Shown: positions 14,801 to 27,840 of the stretch, one piece after another
Position numbering within the stretch: position 1 is the first letter of the stretch
Layout of the letters: each line of letters begins with the position of its first letter
Assembly: GCF_964194025.1 (NCBI RefSeq)
Contig: NC_134472.1
Coordinates: forward strand, 76,632,001 to 76,696,000
Direction of reading: 5' to 3'
Source: Convolutriloba macropyga
Lineage: Eukaryota
Length of the DNA stretch: 64,000 bases
Made by a program: the position numbers and the translations under genes
Notes under the pieces: model-generated
What the model was told of the DNA's origin: nothing
Database searches by the model: none
What the model saw: the letters and a program-made list of their open reading frames with translations, nothing else

Positions 14801-15529
14801 CATAAATATGTTAACTTTCAGCTCAATAAGAAGCAATTGAGAGTTTTCAGAATAGGCCATACGATTGCAGAAAGAACGCCAATTACAGGCAAAAAACAAT
14901 TAAAGTTTTCGAGAATTAAATTTTTCGAGGCGTAAGCCGTTAGAACCATAAGCTAATCACTGAAAGTTTTAAATATGTTGAATTGTGCATTATTCAGTGC
15001 AAATCAGACTTCTCAGTATTGTGATTATAAGACAAACAAAAGTGAACCACAAATTCAGCCAAAACTCAAAAACCCGTCGAATCAAAGTCATGAAACTAAT
15101 GCCAAAAACATTAAAGATTAAATTTTACATCATTGGCAAAAGTTGTGGCTTATCTTTGCTTAGACTAAGCTTAAAATAGAGAGAAATAAAAAGTGGAAAA
15201 TTTTGATAAATTCACCAATTTTTTCCTGAAACAATTTTCGCAGTCATAAGAGCCATTAGGTATCAACTGAAAGCATTTTATAGGTTCTTATACAAATTAG
15301 GGAAACCCATTGGAATCTCGATTAGTGACACTAAGTAATAGAACTGTAAAAAGAATTAAAATTGCGAGTATAAATACATTCAATTACAGTTTATAAAAAA
15401 ACTTTTTCGAGGCCATCAAAAACATTAGCTTTTCTCGAAAAGATAACACATGTTTACTGGGCCCAATTTACACGCAAATAAGCTCTGTCAATAATTGAGC
15501 TGGATATGAAACGATTCTGGACGGGAACT

Positions 15530-15911
15530 AACATAAACCGACTAACGTCGGATGAATTGCTGTCGAACAACAGGTGGAGCAGTTTAATTTACAGGGGAGT
15601 GAAGCATAGAAATGTTCTATATGTGAGAAGACTTCTCAGGGGATCAAACTACTGACCCCTAGGTTGCCAGTCTGAGATCCTACTTAGCTACAACGGCTTT
15701 GCTTTCCATACGCTCACAATCGCTCATAGCAACAAATTTGATCTCAGAGCAAGAGCACATTAAAACACTAAAATTTGAAGAACAAGTGTGAAAAAGTCAA
15801 GAGACAAAAAAATGCTCCACAACAAAAGCGCAAAAACACTCAAGTAGAAATTGTGCATAAAAAGTCCAGGGAGTTTACAAAACTTGCTTAAAACTTCGTT
15901 TGAGAGCAATT
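15530..15911 (-). mobile_element. Helentron-type non-autonomous element (HINE), complete copy A, carrying an internal tRNA-derived cassette
   Basis: On the minus strand: 5' subTIR AATTGCTCTCAAACGAAGTTT; 3' subTIR (plus aattgctgtcgaacaa 15555-15570); stem-loop CCGAC-taac-GTCGG (15538-15551); T-rich flanks. This is the DINE-1/HINE architecture. Confidence 0.7.
15632..15697 (-). other. tRNA-derived Pol III cassette (degenerate; not a functional tRNA)
   Basis: Minus strand GCCGTTG-TAGCTAAGTAGG...GACTGGCAACCT...GTAGTTTGATCCCC: A-box starting at +8 and a degenerate B-box; no proper acceptor stem. Confidence 0.55.
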
Positions 15912-15919
15912 AAAAAGGA

Positions 15920-16190
15920 GATTGCCAGAAATTAGGCTTCGTAGATCTGCAGTCTCAAAAAAGATAGTAGAAGAAACAGACCAAAAAAGAAACAGCAATC
16001 AGAGTGACACGCATTCACTTGACCTTATCTCTTTGAATTAAAGTGAAGAAAAGTAAATCACGGGAGTGAACAAAAATCATGCTCCACTGAGAGCTAAAAA
16101 TGTCACGCACGCAATTCAGTTGAAATAGCATGAATGAGTCAACAAAAAGATTTAAGTGACTCTGACGTCATAAGGTCGTAACAAAAATGC
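15920..16190. repeat. Dispersed repeat, second copy at ~21015-21435
   Basis: Shared blocks gatctgcagtc..., aatcagagtga(c/g)acgca(t/c)tcacttgaccttatctct and gtcacgcacgcaattcagtt. Confidence 0.75.
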
Positions 16191-19100
16191 TGAACGACAT
16201 CTTGCTAAAATAAGTGACATTATTTTCTTCAGAACCATTGAATTGTATCAAAAGGGTAACCATTAACCCAATTTCAAGCCTTAAAAAGTTTTAATGGCCA
16301 AAAGATCGATAAACTAGGAACATGACAATACTTTCAGAAAGCTTGAAAAATTTCAAATTTTATCAAAAAACCGCGCAAATTCTCCAAAATTAAAATCTAA
16401 AAACCATTACAATGCTCCTAGCAACTATGCAGGAAATTACTTTCAAACCCTAGAGGAGGTTACCTCCCTGATGAGGCAATAAGAACTGAACAAAAGCCAA
16501 ATAATTTCAAAGGACTTGAATTGCAACTTTTATCGAAAAATTGTTAAAATTCGAAATGCTGAAATCAATTCTATGGCCACTAAAAACTATGCAATAACCT
16601 ATTATCAAACGCTAGCGGATGTTGCATAGCCCCGGAGGCTGAAAAACTCAAAAAGGAAGACAAAAATTTCAAAAAGCTTGAAAAAAATTGCAAAAATTAT
16701 CATTTTTCGTGTTTGTTTGCAGACCCCGAAAATATAGCTCATAAATTGGTAAAAAGTAATCACAACTTGAAAAAGACCTTGGTATATTGTACTGTTATTA
16801 ATAATGAAAGTTATTGTACTGTTCCGATTTGAGCACACAAACATTTTGGTCGAAAACAGGGAATCTCAACTTCTTACTCGAATCTGTCAAAGAATTGCAT
16901 CTTTTCATTTTTTTATAACGAGCCAGGATTGTTCAGTTTGCTTAATAAAACGCTTCATTAAATCATCACTTATAACAACAGCGCAATTCAACGCTCTATT
17001 AACAACCTAACAGCATGAAAATAATGGCCTTAATAGCACAATGGCAACTAGCATGACATTTTGAGCGTTCACTCTTCTTTCCTCTCCTTATTGAGAAATT
17101 TCATCAAAACCCATTTTTTCACGTAACCCAATTATTCACATGCTTTTGTTCATCACGTGCTCTTTAATTCCATTTCTTCGCTTTCCACTGAGTGACGCCA
17201 TGATGAAAAGTGTTACATGAACTGTGAGAGCATTATTCCTCTATACTCTATATACTTTTTCAGTCTTGAGGGGAACAAAGAATGCCATTAAAATAACACC
17301 TCTTTTGTACATTCTAACACAAAGGACAATTTGTATGCTAAGCACACCATAAATCAAAGCTGTAAAGTCTACTGCCGTATTATTATTTTGTATCTTCAGA
17401 CCTATTTATGCAAAGTAGGCTATCCTTTCATCCCCCCCCCCCACCCCCTCTCCCCATTTCACATTATTTCTCACCCCTATTGACAAAATTCCGCTTTTTG
17501 CCTTCAAAGAATAGCTGCAGCGGTTGATTACTTTGTATTTAATAAACATAGACAGCTTTTTATTACGCGCACCGTTTGGAGGACTTAAACACCTTTTCAA
17601 TTACTTGATAAAAGCTCAAAGTGACGCGAGGCTAGACACTTAAACAACAGAGTAAGCAGTAACAGACAAATCAATAAACAAAGAAATGAGATTAACTCTT
17701 CTACAAATTCTATACCAGGGTAGTCACAAAATGACTAAACCAACTCGATACAGTCATACGGGAATAAAAGGTTGCAGGAAAATACAATTTTTCCTTTAAA
17801 ATCACTGCCGTAGATTTCTACTTCAAAAAGTTTGGAACTCTTTCCTTTTCCCAGGCTGTGGACAGAAAGCTTAAAAACTTCAACGTAAAGCTAACAATCA
17901 ATGTATACGTGCAGAACGCTACTAGGTGAAAGCAGCTTTCCAAGAAAGCGAAATGATTCAAAGCATATTTTGAAAAAGGAAATTTACGAGAATAGCTGAG
18001 ATTAAGTCAACTTCAAGATAATTTTATCATATAAAATTGTATTAATGTTTGAAAACTTTGATGGAAGTTGACTCACAAAACCCTCAAAGTTTTCGACAAT
18101 AATTTTGTATTTTCTGATTGGCGATTAGAGATACCTTTCGTCTGTGTTTCACATTAAAAAGCCAATATTTTTTTTTCACGCAGAAGTCATTTTTAAGACA
18201 AAATTAAAAAAAACTTGTTGCTTTGATTATTTTACACCAGCAATTCGAATCTCAGGTATGCGCCAAAAATGAACCACTGTTTTGTTTATAAAATTTGAGT
18301 TTGCTACTTGTTTTGCATAAGCCTGGCAGTGAGGGGCTGCAGAATCCGCTTGATGTCGATCAAGTTTCTTCCTGCAATTTTCCCGTTACAGCTTTCAGGA
18401 AATCAGGCTGCATTTTTCAACTACCAAAGCATATGTGAGCTGTAAAAACTCCCAATACGTAAAAATATCAAAATCCTACAGCCATGAAATTAGCAACTCA
18501 ATTATTTCATTAATTCAAAATAAACTCAGGGGCAGTTTTGAAACAAAATGGAGTTTCGAGCTTTCAAATGGTCGCAAAATACTGAGCGCAAACTAAAAAA
18601 AAGATCAATAAAGTGACGCTATTGCTTTCAAGACCTTCAATTTATCCCAACCCGAAAAACAAAATAGCCAAAACAAGAGCCTCCATTCGTCATAGCTACT
18701 GAGATTAAGTCAACTTCAAGGTTATTTATGATTGTCACGGTAATTATGTCCATCACATCCAACACAAAGCATCCACACATAAAAATACAAGAAGGCTTTT
18801 CCATGACACATATGAAAAACTTGTCAGAACAAAGACGTGTATCCATTTTATTAATATCAATTAATATTATTTTATTTTTTTCATGGACAACAACAGGGCC
18901 AAAAAATTAACATTAAAATTAAGCAGAGAAGCTTATTTAACTAAAACCAAAAAATCTGAACTTTTGCTGTCCTCTCCTCGTTTCATTGTTAAACTGGCAA
19001 AACTAACTATCGTTTCAAAACCATATGAATGAGGAAAAGAAAAGGGCCCAATTTAGCGACATTTTAAGTTAAAATTGATAGCTCGTCTCCAAAAAAAGCA

Positions 19101-21439
19101 ATTTTGGCAATTTTATAAACCAATTTGTAGTATAGGAACAGATAAAAATCAATTGGATAATAAAAGTTTGTTCCAAAACGTAAGCAATTTGATAAGAATC
19201 AATATCATCAAAAAAGTGTGTTCGAAAACATAGAGGTACACAAGAGGCCAAAAAATATACATTGAGAAACGCCTCATAACCATTTCGTGGAATAATTTTC
19301 TTGGGAACAAAACTAAGTGGAGAGAACCGGACATATGAACACATTCAAAACGAAAAATTGGAACTTGTTTTAACAACAAATAAATATCATTTCAGCGTCC
19401 TAAAAACTATCTATGCAAACATCGATGAGGCCGCATCATAATTTATCTTTATTGCTCGTGTTCAACATTTTAATGTCCAACTTAAAACATACGCAAGTTA
19501 TCGAGCAAAAAAAATTGGATGATAATTTAAAAATTTAAAAAAACATAGCCGACAGATTGCACGGCAATAGCACGGATTGCACGAAGGAGACTGCTGAGAC
19601 ACCTTAGTTAACTAAATCCCCCGACCATAGCTATAACTATTTCAAATTATCCTTAACTTCAAATCAAATTTCAGTCACTTATAAATTTTAATCTAGTCTG
19701 ATAGTTATCAAGGTTGAGTTTACTTTCCGAATAAAAAATTTGATAAAATTGCACAAGTAATTATCTTGAATGAGGTAGGTCATGTGCTATAAAATTCATA
19801 CGGAGCTAAAATTTGACGTAAAAACCTATACAGAAAGCAGTAACAAATGACTTCACGCACACAAATGTAGTTACAGAGTGGTAGAAGTCAGAGAAAAAGT
19901 GACTTTGTCAGCACTTCTTGGCGCGTGAAAAAATGGTCGCAAGAAAAAGGGAAGACGACAAATTAAAAAACATAGCGGGACAAGTCCTGACGTACAATTC
20001 AAAGAATTTTCATTGACTAAACAGACAACTAGACCTAGAACGGAATATGAGAGAATTGGGAAATCCATTTCTAAAAAACATTAAGTAAAAATAAAACAGA
20101 AAATCAATGTCAAAATTCCGCATGTGAATAAAAAAACCACTGGCGAGAAATCGAAATTTGGTTCAACCAAAAAAACTAGGCCTAGAATGAACTATGAATG
20201 GATTTTAATCATTTAGAAAAAAGATCCGATCCAAAAAATCGAAAAAAAGTACAAATCAACGTGAAATTGCCTCATGTGAACAAAAAACCATTTCATGTTT
20301 CGGCGCACATGTCAGAAAGCACATAATATCCTCGATTCATTGCACTAAGGGAGGTATTAAAAAATCAAACAAATGATCATTAATAACTCACTGCAACTGT
20401 TCGAAAAAAAATGAAGTTCAATAAAAAACATTAGCTACAAACTGAAAACATCCAACGTATCAATTTTTTATGCATGAGAAGGCCGACTAAATCTGATATA
20501 AGTGACGAAAATTTCACATAAAACCAGTGTCAAAGTCAGAAAAATCTTTAGCTATCCACTGAAACTTTGAAGAGGCCTAATTGTATCTCACTAGAAAGGA
20601 CCTGCCATTATTGAGATTAAGTGCAAAGACAACAGAAAAAACGGGCAAAATTGAAAAAATTCAGTAATGCTTTATAGAAACATAAAAGTTTCAACTGAAA
20701 ATTTTAAATAGGTTCAGTTATCTCCTAATTAAAAAAACCAATGGGGACCTGCCATTAGAGACAAAGTGAAAAGATAATAAATACGCGCACAACGCAAAGC
20801 TTTTCGAAAACTAAGAATTAAGTAATAAAAAAACATTAGCTGCCCATTGAGGGTTTCAGAGGTGCAACTAACAACAATTAGAACACGTTTATCACCTTTA
20901 ATAGCATTTGCAAAAAAAAACAAGAGAAAACAAGTAAATTGAGGCAGGTGGAAAATATCAAAAAATTAAAATTGTTCAAATATAACTGTCTAATTGCAGT
21001 TTAAAGCCTAGCTGGCAGAATGCCGGAAAATATTCGCAATAGCTTTGTCGATCTGCAGTCGCAAACTGATAGTAAAAGAAATAGACCAAAAAAGAAAATA
21101 CTTTCTATTAAAAGCTGTGAAGTTAGATTTTGATTAAGATTCTGTACAACTTAATGCTGCTTCTATTAGCTAATCTCCAATAACCTTCAATCAGAGTGAG
21201 ACGCACTCACTTGACCTTATCTCTGAGTTAAAGTAAATTCAATTTCAGAGTGAGGAAGTCACTTTTGAGAGTGAGTTAAGTCATGTGTGATCAAAAACTC
21301 AATCATGCGTAATAACAAAAAAAACTCGCTCCACTAAGAGTGAAAAATGACGTCACGCACGCAATTCAGTTAAAATAAAAAGAACGAACAAAAAGCGGCT
21401 TTGAAGTGATTGTGAAATCATATGGTCGTAAGAAAAATC

Positions 21440-21848
21440 TTGACGGCTTCAAATCATGGACCTCCCAGATAGCAGTCACTTTTAACCACCAGGCTACGAC
21501 CACATTGTTAGTCAACCGCTAACAATCACTTTTAAATTAGCAACAAACTTCATTTCAGTATGAGAGCAATTGAAATCACTGAAAATGATGAAGCAAAGCT
21601 CGAAGAAGTCACTTGACAAGTCACAGTATGTTCTAGAATTGGCGGGTCTTTCCCATAATAGCCCCCATAAAAATATAGCCCCCCATTATGGTATATCTAC
21701 CATGACGGGGGGCTATAGGTTATCTGATCACTAATCTGGGGGGGGGGGGGGCTATAATGGGAAAGACCCAAATCGGCCAAGCAAAAATTTTGCATAAAAA
21801 GACCAACACGTTTACAATAATTGCCCCAAACTTCGTTCGAGAGCAATT
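21440..21848 (-). mobile_element. HINE copy B (5' part) with tRNA-derived cassette at ~21443-21503, interrupted by a MITE
   Basis: 5' end (plus) aattgccccaaacttcgttcgagagcaatt; cassette GTGGTCG-TAGCCTGGTGG...GACTGCTA...GATTTGAAGCC; the spacer resembles copies A and C (tagcaacaaa, gagcaattga). Confidence 0.6.
21644..21769. mobile_element. Small palindromic MITE
   Basis: TIRs gggtctttcccataatagcccc / ggggctataatgggaaagaccc; possible degenerate 8-bp TSD gaattggc/aaatcggc. Confidence 0.75.
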
Positions 21849-22539
21849 AAAAACGTGTGATCTTAAAAAAAGAGTTCCCCAATACAATCCAAATCCTTTG
21901 GATAGCAAAAAAGCTCACTGTTCACGGCTATTCATACGTTTAAATCATTAAATGCCATCAAAAATTTAACTAAGTTTCAAAATTGTGTTTTAAACAAAAC
22001 GGAAAGTGTATGCTGAGAGTATGTACTAAATCTCTCGCGGTACGAGTCATTTCCTTAGTAACATCGATCAAATAGTAGCTTTTCTTTCTCTTGTTACGAA
22101 CAACTCAACTGACCTCATCAACTATATGACTCAAGTGAACTAAAACTTGCTAAACAATCTGACAAGCAAACAAATTTGGGGAGGAGATCGATAAATGCCT
22201 TGCTCAGCGTACGTAGATACACCTCATTCAGAAAAAAATGTGTTCAATTTAACCCTGACAACACAGCTCATTTATCTCAACTATCTCACAAAATTAATCT
22301 AAAACTCCCCGATCGATAAATGCTCAAGTAATACTTGAGCTCAAACTAATTTTGATCAGAATGATCAACTGTGAGGCCAATTCAAAAGAATAAATCCTCC
22401 GACATTTCATGAGATACTCTCTTCTCAATCTGGAATGAACAAATTTTACCACCTGTGAATCTTTAAATACAGTCTATGAATCACATTATGCCAAACATTG
22501 AAAACTGAGCGTTTTTCCACGATATTTCCAGAAACGCTT

Positions 22540-22770
22540 AAGATTATTTGTCATTAAGATATCCTAATGTCGAACATAAAACCTGTACCCCCGACCATAT
22601 AACCTTGAAAAAATAGTCTGGCCCTTGGAATGCCTTAAATATTCAGGCATGGTATAAATTGTAACTCACATTAACACCCAAAATACTCAACCCTTGTTTA
22701 ACTAACTATTCAAAAATGCCATTTATTTGAACGTGATCAAGTGGTACATTAATTGCACTTGAACTCTTTG
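22540..22770 (-). mobile_element. Degraded non-LTR retrotransposon ORF2 C-terminal fragment
   Basis: The minus strand reads ...HVQINGIFE*LVKQGLSILGVNVSYNL..., resembling the post-RT 'I.G..I..V...K.LGV....L' segment of LINEs. Confidence 0.35.
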
Positions 22771-23464
22771 ATTCAAGACAGTGTCATTTAACATAACTTA
22801 GATCATTCAAAAACAAATTTTAAATAAAGCAAATGGGTTATCAAAACTGATTACCAATCGAGCTAAAAAAACTGGCCACGCATATTGATCTCATCGCTGG
22901 ATGAGCTAGACAGCTAAGAATCGTTTGTCCAAAAACTGGAACGGGTTTTAAAATTTTGACAGCGTTGAGTCATCATAGTCATATGATTCGAAAAATAACA
23001 TAACCTTTGCGAAAACCTTTGAAAAAATTCTAGTTCCACTTATATTTACCAGTTCGATTAATTTTCCAGGCTATTTTACCTAAAAGGCACATAATCTTGC
23101 AAATAATTACAACGAGAAATACTTTGTACCTTTATCCGAAACAATGCGCATAAAAAACATAAAGCAAGGATAACTGTATCCTAATACAGGTCACCCCCTT
23201 TCATCAGTACGTATTTTTTCAATATCAGTTTCATTAAAATGCTGCATTAGTTTCATTAAAAACATGTACACGCTAAACGCTCAAATAATTCAACTCAAGC
23301 AAGACGACCTTTAAAAAATAGAGAAAGCAGAGACAAAATAAAGCTTAGTATATTTATCATCATTTCGCTATTGAGTCGTAATCGAGCATTCCAACAAAAA
23401 GGGAAGCATGATAAATCCATTCTATACAGAACACGTTCTCAGTCAATAGAGACAAAAGGAACAA

Positions 23465-23830
23465 CTAATAACTACTACTACCACCACCACCACCTCTCAC
23501 TACTTATACTGTTTCTATTCAGCACACACGTAATGTAGATCGATGGCGCTCATTTGAACGCAACATACATACATACATACATATATGAACACAGAAAGGC
23601 ATTGCTCCATAGCCATAGTAGTAATAGTACAATTAGGAGCATTGAAAAGCAAGCCTGTGCTATTATAGCGATTCCATTCCCTTCCCAGGCAAGCATCTAT
23701 TTTGCCTTTTATGGAAATTGGGAGCCTTCTATTTATTGCCAAAGAGAAGCTATACATAGATAGATAGATAAAGAGAATTCAGAGGATACAGATAGATAGA
23801 TAGATGGAAATAGAAAGCTATGGAGATAGA
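23465..23830. repeat. Microsatellite cluster (ACT/ACC)n, (CATA)n, (GATA)n
   Basis: Seen directly. Confidence 0.85.
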
Positions 23831-25989
23831 TCACACTGAGAGCAATGCCTCCTACTACTCCTCGGCCGCCGAATTGGCCAAATGGGCTGCTTAGCCGACA
23901 AAAATTAATAATTAAATAGCCGATAACTGATAATAAGGGAGAAATCAGAGTATAACTAAAACTATAAGCGGACAATGCAATAAATTTGGAAGTTTTTTTT
24001 GCCAGGTTTCTTAAAGAACTAGCGTAAAAAAGGTCCATTCTCTAAATTGGTTTCTCCTTGTTCACCTTTCGTCTCTTGTCGGTTAAACCCACTGTCGGCT
24101 AGTTGTCCCATTCAATTCGACTCTTCTGCTTCTGTACTCGTAGCAGTGTGATGAAAACGTGTTTGTTCACTCCTGGGACAAAAGAGGGGGGAACAGAAGA
24201 CCACATCTTTCCAACTAATGAATAATTAAGAGCCCCTTTGCTTCACGACTTATTTCTAAGCAAGATAAAAAGTCTCTAACAGCATAATTGAAAACTTAAT
24301 TGCTTGCAACCAATTAAATTACCAACTGATGAAACTTAACAAACAAATAGTTTTTTCTGTGATAATTTAACTTTATCTTCAACTGGTCTCCCAAATTTTG
24401 TCCTTTCTTCTGCTTGTGTTACTAAATTTCAATAATTGAAAAAGTTTATCGCATCACGTTTTTTTTGTTAAATTTTTTCAATCATTAATCACCAAAGCGT
24501 GAACGCTAGTGAATACCATGTCCTAAAATATTGCTAACTGGTGTTTCGGTTGAATGAAACCCTGGGAAGAATATCATTTGCCCACTTTTCCCTATTTGCA
24601 TCCTGTCATTTCCCCATTTGAAGGCCTTCTTTTTCCTAAAACAGCCTTTTTGGGATGTAATTTGAACTGTGCATTCAATTCCCTCAGTGTCAATGAATAC
24701 CAAATTTCCCCATGCGAGAGAAGGATACGTCACTCAACTCAAATTCCAAAAGAGGACAAAACAACTTTGAACAAAAAAACTGCTAATCGAAAATGGTACA
24801 AGGAAATAAAATGGCATAGTGATTCACAAATTGCTAAGCAGCAGTCATTTACGTCATAAAACTCTATTTGGTGGATAGTTTAACTTTCAACATTTAGCCA
24901 CAAAAGTTTCAACTTCAGGCACAGCTCAAAAAAACCTCTCAATGCAGTGAAACAGGTCTTCTCATATACAAAACCACAATTTGTTGGAAATGTAGTTTCA
25001 TGATGTAAACAAAATTATGACGTAATCACTGCATGTTATAGTCCACTACTACGGTGACTACTACCGCAACTCAGAGGCTTTTAGGCTGTAGCACTACTAA
25101 GCTGCGCGATAGGTTTGTATTGGAAAAAAACCAGCAACCGTTTTCACGTCGTTGCTGCGTTGATAAAGAAAACTTATCTTTGCCGAATAGCATAATTACC
25201 TCTCAAATCTCTATCAATAAACAATATTTGAAAATTCAACTTCCTCAAAAAATTACAAAACATACACGTACTCTACACGTGTTAAAAACTGGCTGACATG
25301 TGAGCCAACTTAACACAAAAATTGCACGGTTCGGTTACCTGCGCTCTAGCAATGTTCTTACACCCCTCATCCAAAATATCACCCTTTTTCATCAAGCAGA
25401 GGATAGAATAGCTTTTGACAAAAAAAACTTATGCCACTCTTCGTAGTTCAAAATTAAGAGCAGTTAGCCTCCATTAGAAAACAAGAATCTGCCTTCAAAT
25501 GCCGTGTTATAATTAATAGACCACCATCCAGATTTGAAGCGAAAAAAATGAGACATTTTTGCGCACTTTTCACTTGACATGAGTACAGATTAGGCGCTTA
25601 AGTATGACGGTATAGCGCGTCTCAAAACGCACGTATTCTGCTAAGCAGCATATTTAAGGACCTTTCAAACATATTAGGATAGGAGTGCTGTTAAGCACTT
25701 TGCAAAAGAGCAACTGATATTTAATATAATTACACCTGCTGAAAAATTAGTTTCTTAGCAACTTTTTTTGGAATGTGGTAATTGAAAATAAGAATCTATA
25801 AGAAAACTCAACAAAAAGAAGCCCTGGAGAGAGATACAGCTCTGTTTGATTTCTCCAATTTCAGTCTGTTAGTAGCTTTTGAATATATTCTGTTTTGACT
25901 TCCTGTTTCATGGGAAGACAAAATGTTCAACTAGTTCTCTTGATTAGTTAATTTTGAAAAACCGATGTATTCAACTTACAGAGTTGTGA

Positions 25990-26284
25990 GGGAAAGCAAG
26001 AAAAAGAAACAAGAAAGCGAGCGAGAGAGATAAGGGAATACATAGAGAAAGATACAAGGACGGAGAGAGAGAGGGGGGAGAGATACGGAAAGAAGAAGAG
26101 AAAAAAGATAGAGAGAAGCAAACACACATACACACAGAGAGTAAAAGAGAGACAGCGAGAGAAAGAGAGAGATCGAAAGAGAAACAAAGAAAAAAAGAAC
26201 ACAAAAGCGAGAGGAAAGAAAGGCCAAAGAAAGAAAGAAAGAATATATAAGATAGATAGAGAGAGATACGGAAAGAAAAGAAAG

Positions 26285-26323
<39 letters not shown>

Positions 26324-26385
26324 TAGAGAGGGGAAAGAAAGAGTGAGAGGAAGAGAGCAAAACGAAAAAAGAAACATTTTGTGAA
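25990..26385. repeat. GA-rich low-complexity / (GA)n microsatellite tract
   Basis: Purine-only runs; this explains the three overlapping F/L/S-rich minus-strand ORFs. Confidence 0.92.
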
Positions 26386-26630
26386 AAAAGATTGCCAAAA
26401 AACTCGCTTCCGAGGAAAACCCATCTGTTTTTTTTTTAGGAAAAACCACCGTACAAAATATTGAAATTAAAAAAAACCAAAGAGACCAAGAGACTAGAAT
26501 GAAGGTGCCATTTTTTATCCCACAAACGCACACACAGGAACCTGAACTGCCTACTGTTGCAAGAAATGCTCCCGAACGGCAGGCGTCATAGTGGAGATTA
26601 GAAATTTTCATGGTTGCAAAAGAAAACTTA

Positions 26631-26918
26631 CCCAACACGGGCTCCAACCCAAGACACTCAGACGAGCAGTCCTCCATCTTACCAACTGTGCAATAACCGC
26701 TACAAACCACCGTTTCTCACACGCTCTTCTACGTTATCAATAAACATATTTCAGATTCAGAGCAATTGAGATGACGCAAAAACCAAAAACTAAAGCGTGA
26801 AAACCTTACTTGAAAGCGAAGATTGTTCATGAGAAGCGCAGAATCTGTAAAGCTAAGATTTTGCAAAATACACGCGTTCGCTAACAATAATAGCTTCAAA
26901 CCTCGTTCGAGAGCAATT
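26631..26918 (-). mobile_element. HINE copy C (5' part) with tRNA-Ser(GCT)-like cassette at 26631-26700
   Basis: 5' end (plus) aatagcttcaaacctcgttcgagagcaatt; cassette GCGGTTA-TTGCACAGTTGG-TAAG...GGAC-TGCTC-GTCT...GGGTTGGAGCCC. Confidence 0.62.
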
Positions 26919-26974
26919 AAAATGATGTGGTACTCAGGAGAGTAAATCCTTCCTCTGAGCGAGCATACTTTCAA

Positions 26975-27040
26975 GCCCTCATAGCCTCGTGCTGACTTCA
27001 CCGGACTGTCTTTTGTCCCGGGTTCGGTTCTCACCCATCT
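26975..27040 (+). other. Degenerate tRNA-like A/B-box cassette (possible SINE head)
   Basis: gccctca-TAGCCTCGTG...cccgGGTTCGGTTCT with tRNA-like spacing. Confidence 0.35.
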
Positions 27041-27355
27041 ACTTCAAGCCTTTTAGCTCATTGACATCTCGATATGTTTGCTTAACCAAGTTGCACAAAG
27101 CCGCTCTTAAATTTGTGACTCGAGAGGCCCCTTATACATACAAAAATTTTGTTCCATTTTAGAGCTCGCCCGTTTAATATATAGGATATCGTAGAAAAGT
27201 AGTACAAATGAGATTAGCTTCTAAAATTGTGAAAGAGACCTATTTGGATCATGCTAAACTCAACAAATCAAGGACGTTAACGACAGTCGAGAAGCCAAAA
27301 ATGCTCAAGCCAAAATATTGCAAGAATAACTTCAATAACTGCTTCGCAAGTAAAA

Positions 27356-27783
27356 ACATAACCGACTAAGGTCGGGCGAATTGCTCTCAAACGACCTGCG
27401 AGCGGTTGGCTTTGTCAGTAGCTAGCCACGGGGGGGGGGGGAGGGGGTGCACCGGGGCTGATAGGGGGCAACACTAGGTTGGGGGGGCGCAACAGCGCGG
27501 TGGGGGGTGGAGGCAATAGTGGGGGTGGGTGAGGGGGGGGGGGGGTCTCAACCTCTAAGAACCGCCCTTCACACCATAAGTATAAGTCTCCAAAACAGTT
27601 TGAGCTGAAACAGAGCGGAAAGGCTCTAAGAGCACTTAATGCCCGCTGGGCGCTACCTGTTTATCCCGTTTTTGTGGACGGAAAATTCAAAAGCGTCAGA
27701 CGAAAATTTGGTCAAGCGAAAAATCGCATAAAAAAGACCGACAGGACTAATATAATTGCTACAAACTTCGTTTGAGAGCAATT
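27356..27783 (-). mobile_element. HINE copy D, complete, G-rich interior, no tRNA cassette
   Basis: Stem-loop ccgactaaggtcgg (27362-27375); subTIR aattgctctcaaacga (27379-27394) and its exact complement tcgtttgagagcaatt (27768-27783) with adjacent inverted copy aattgctacaaac. Confidence 0.75.
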
Positions 27784-27840
27784 AGTAAAAAAGAAAGCCT
27801 TGATAATTGTTGCAATAAAAATTTAGGAAGTGTAATGGAT

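Noticed and set aside
16612-16640. Possible Helitron 3' end on the minus strand (AGCCTCCGGGGCT hairpin, then CTAG)
   Set aside because: The following base is C rather than T and no 5' end or second copy was identified; too weak to call.
25948-26710. Three overlapping long minus-strand ORFs (129-244 aa), hydrophobic
   Set aside because: They are translations of a CT-rich microsatellite plus a HINE interior; there is no domain and the stop-free frames follow from base composition.
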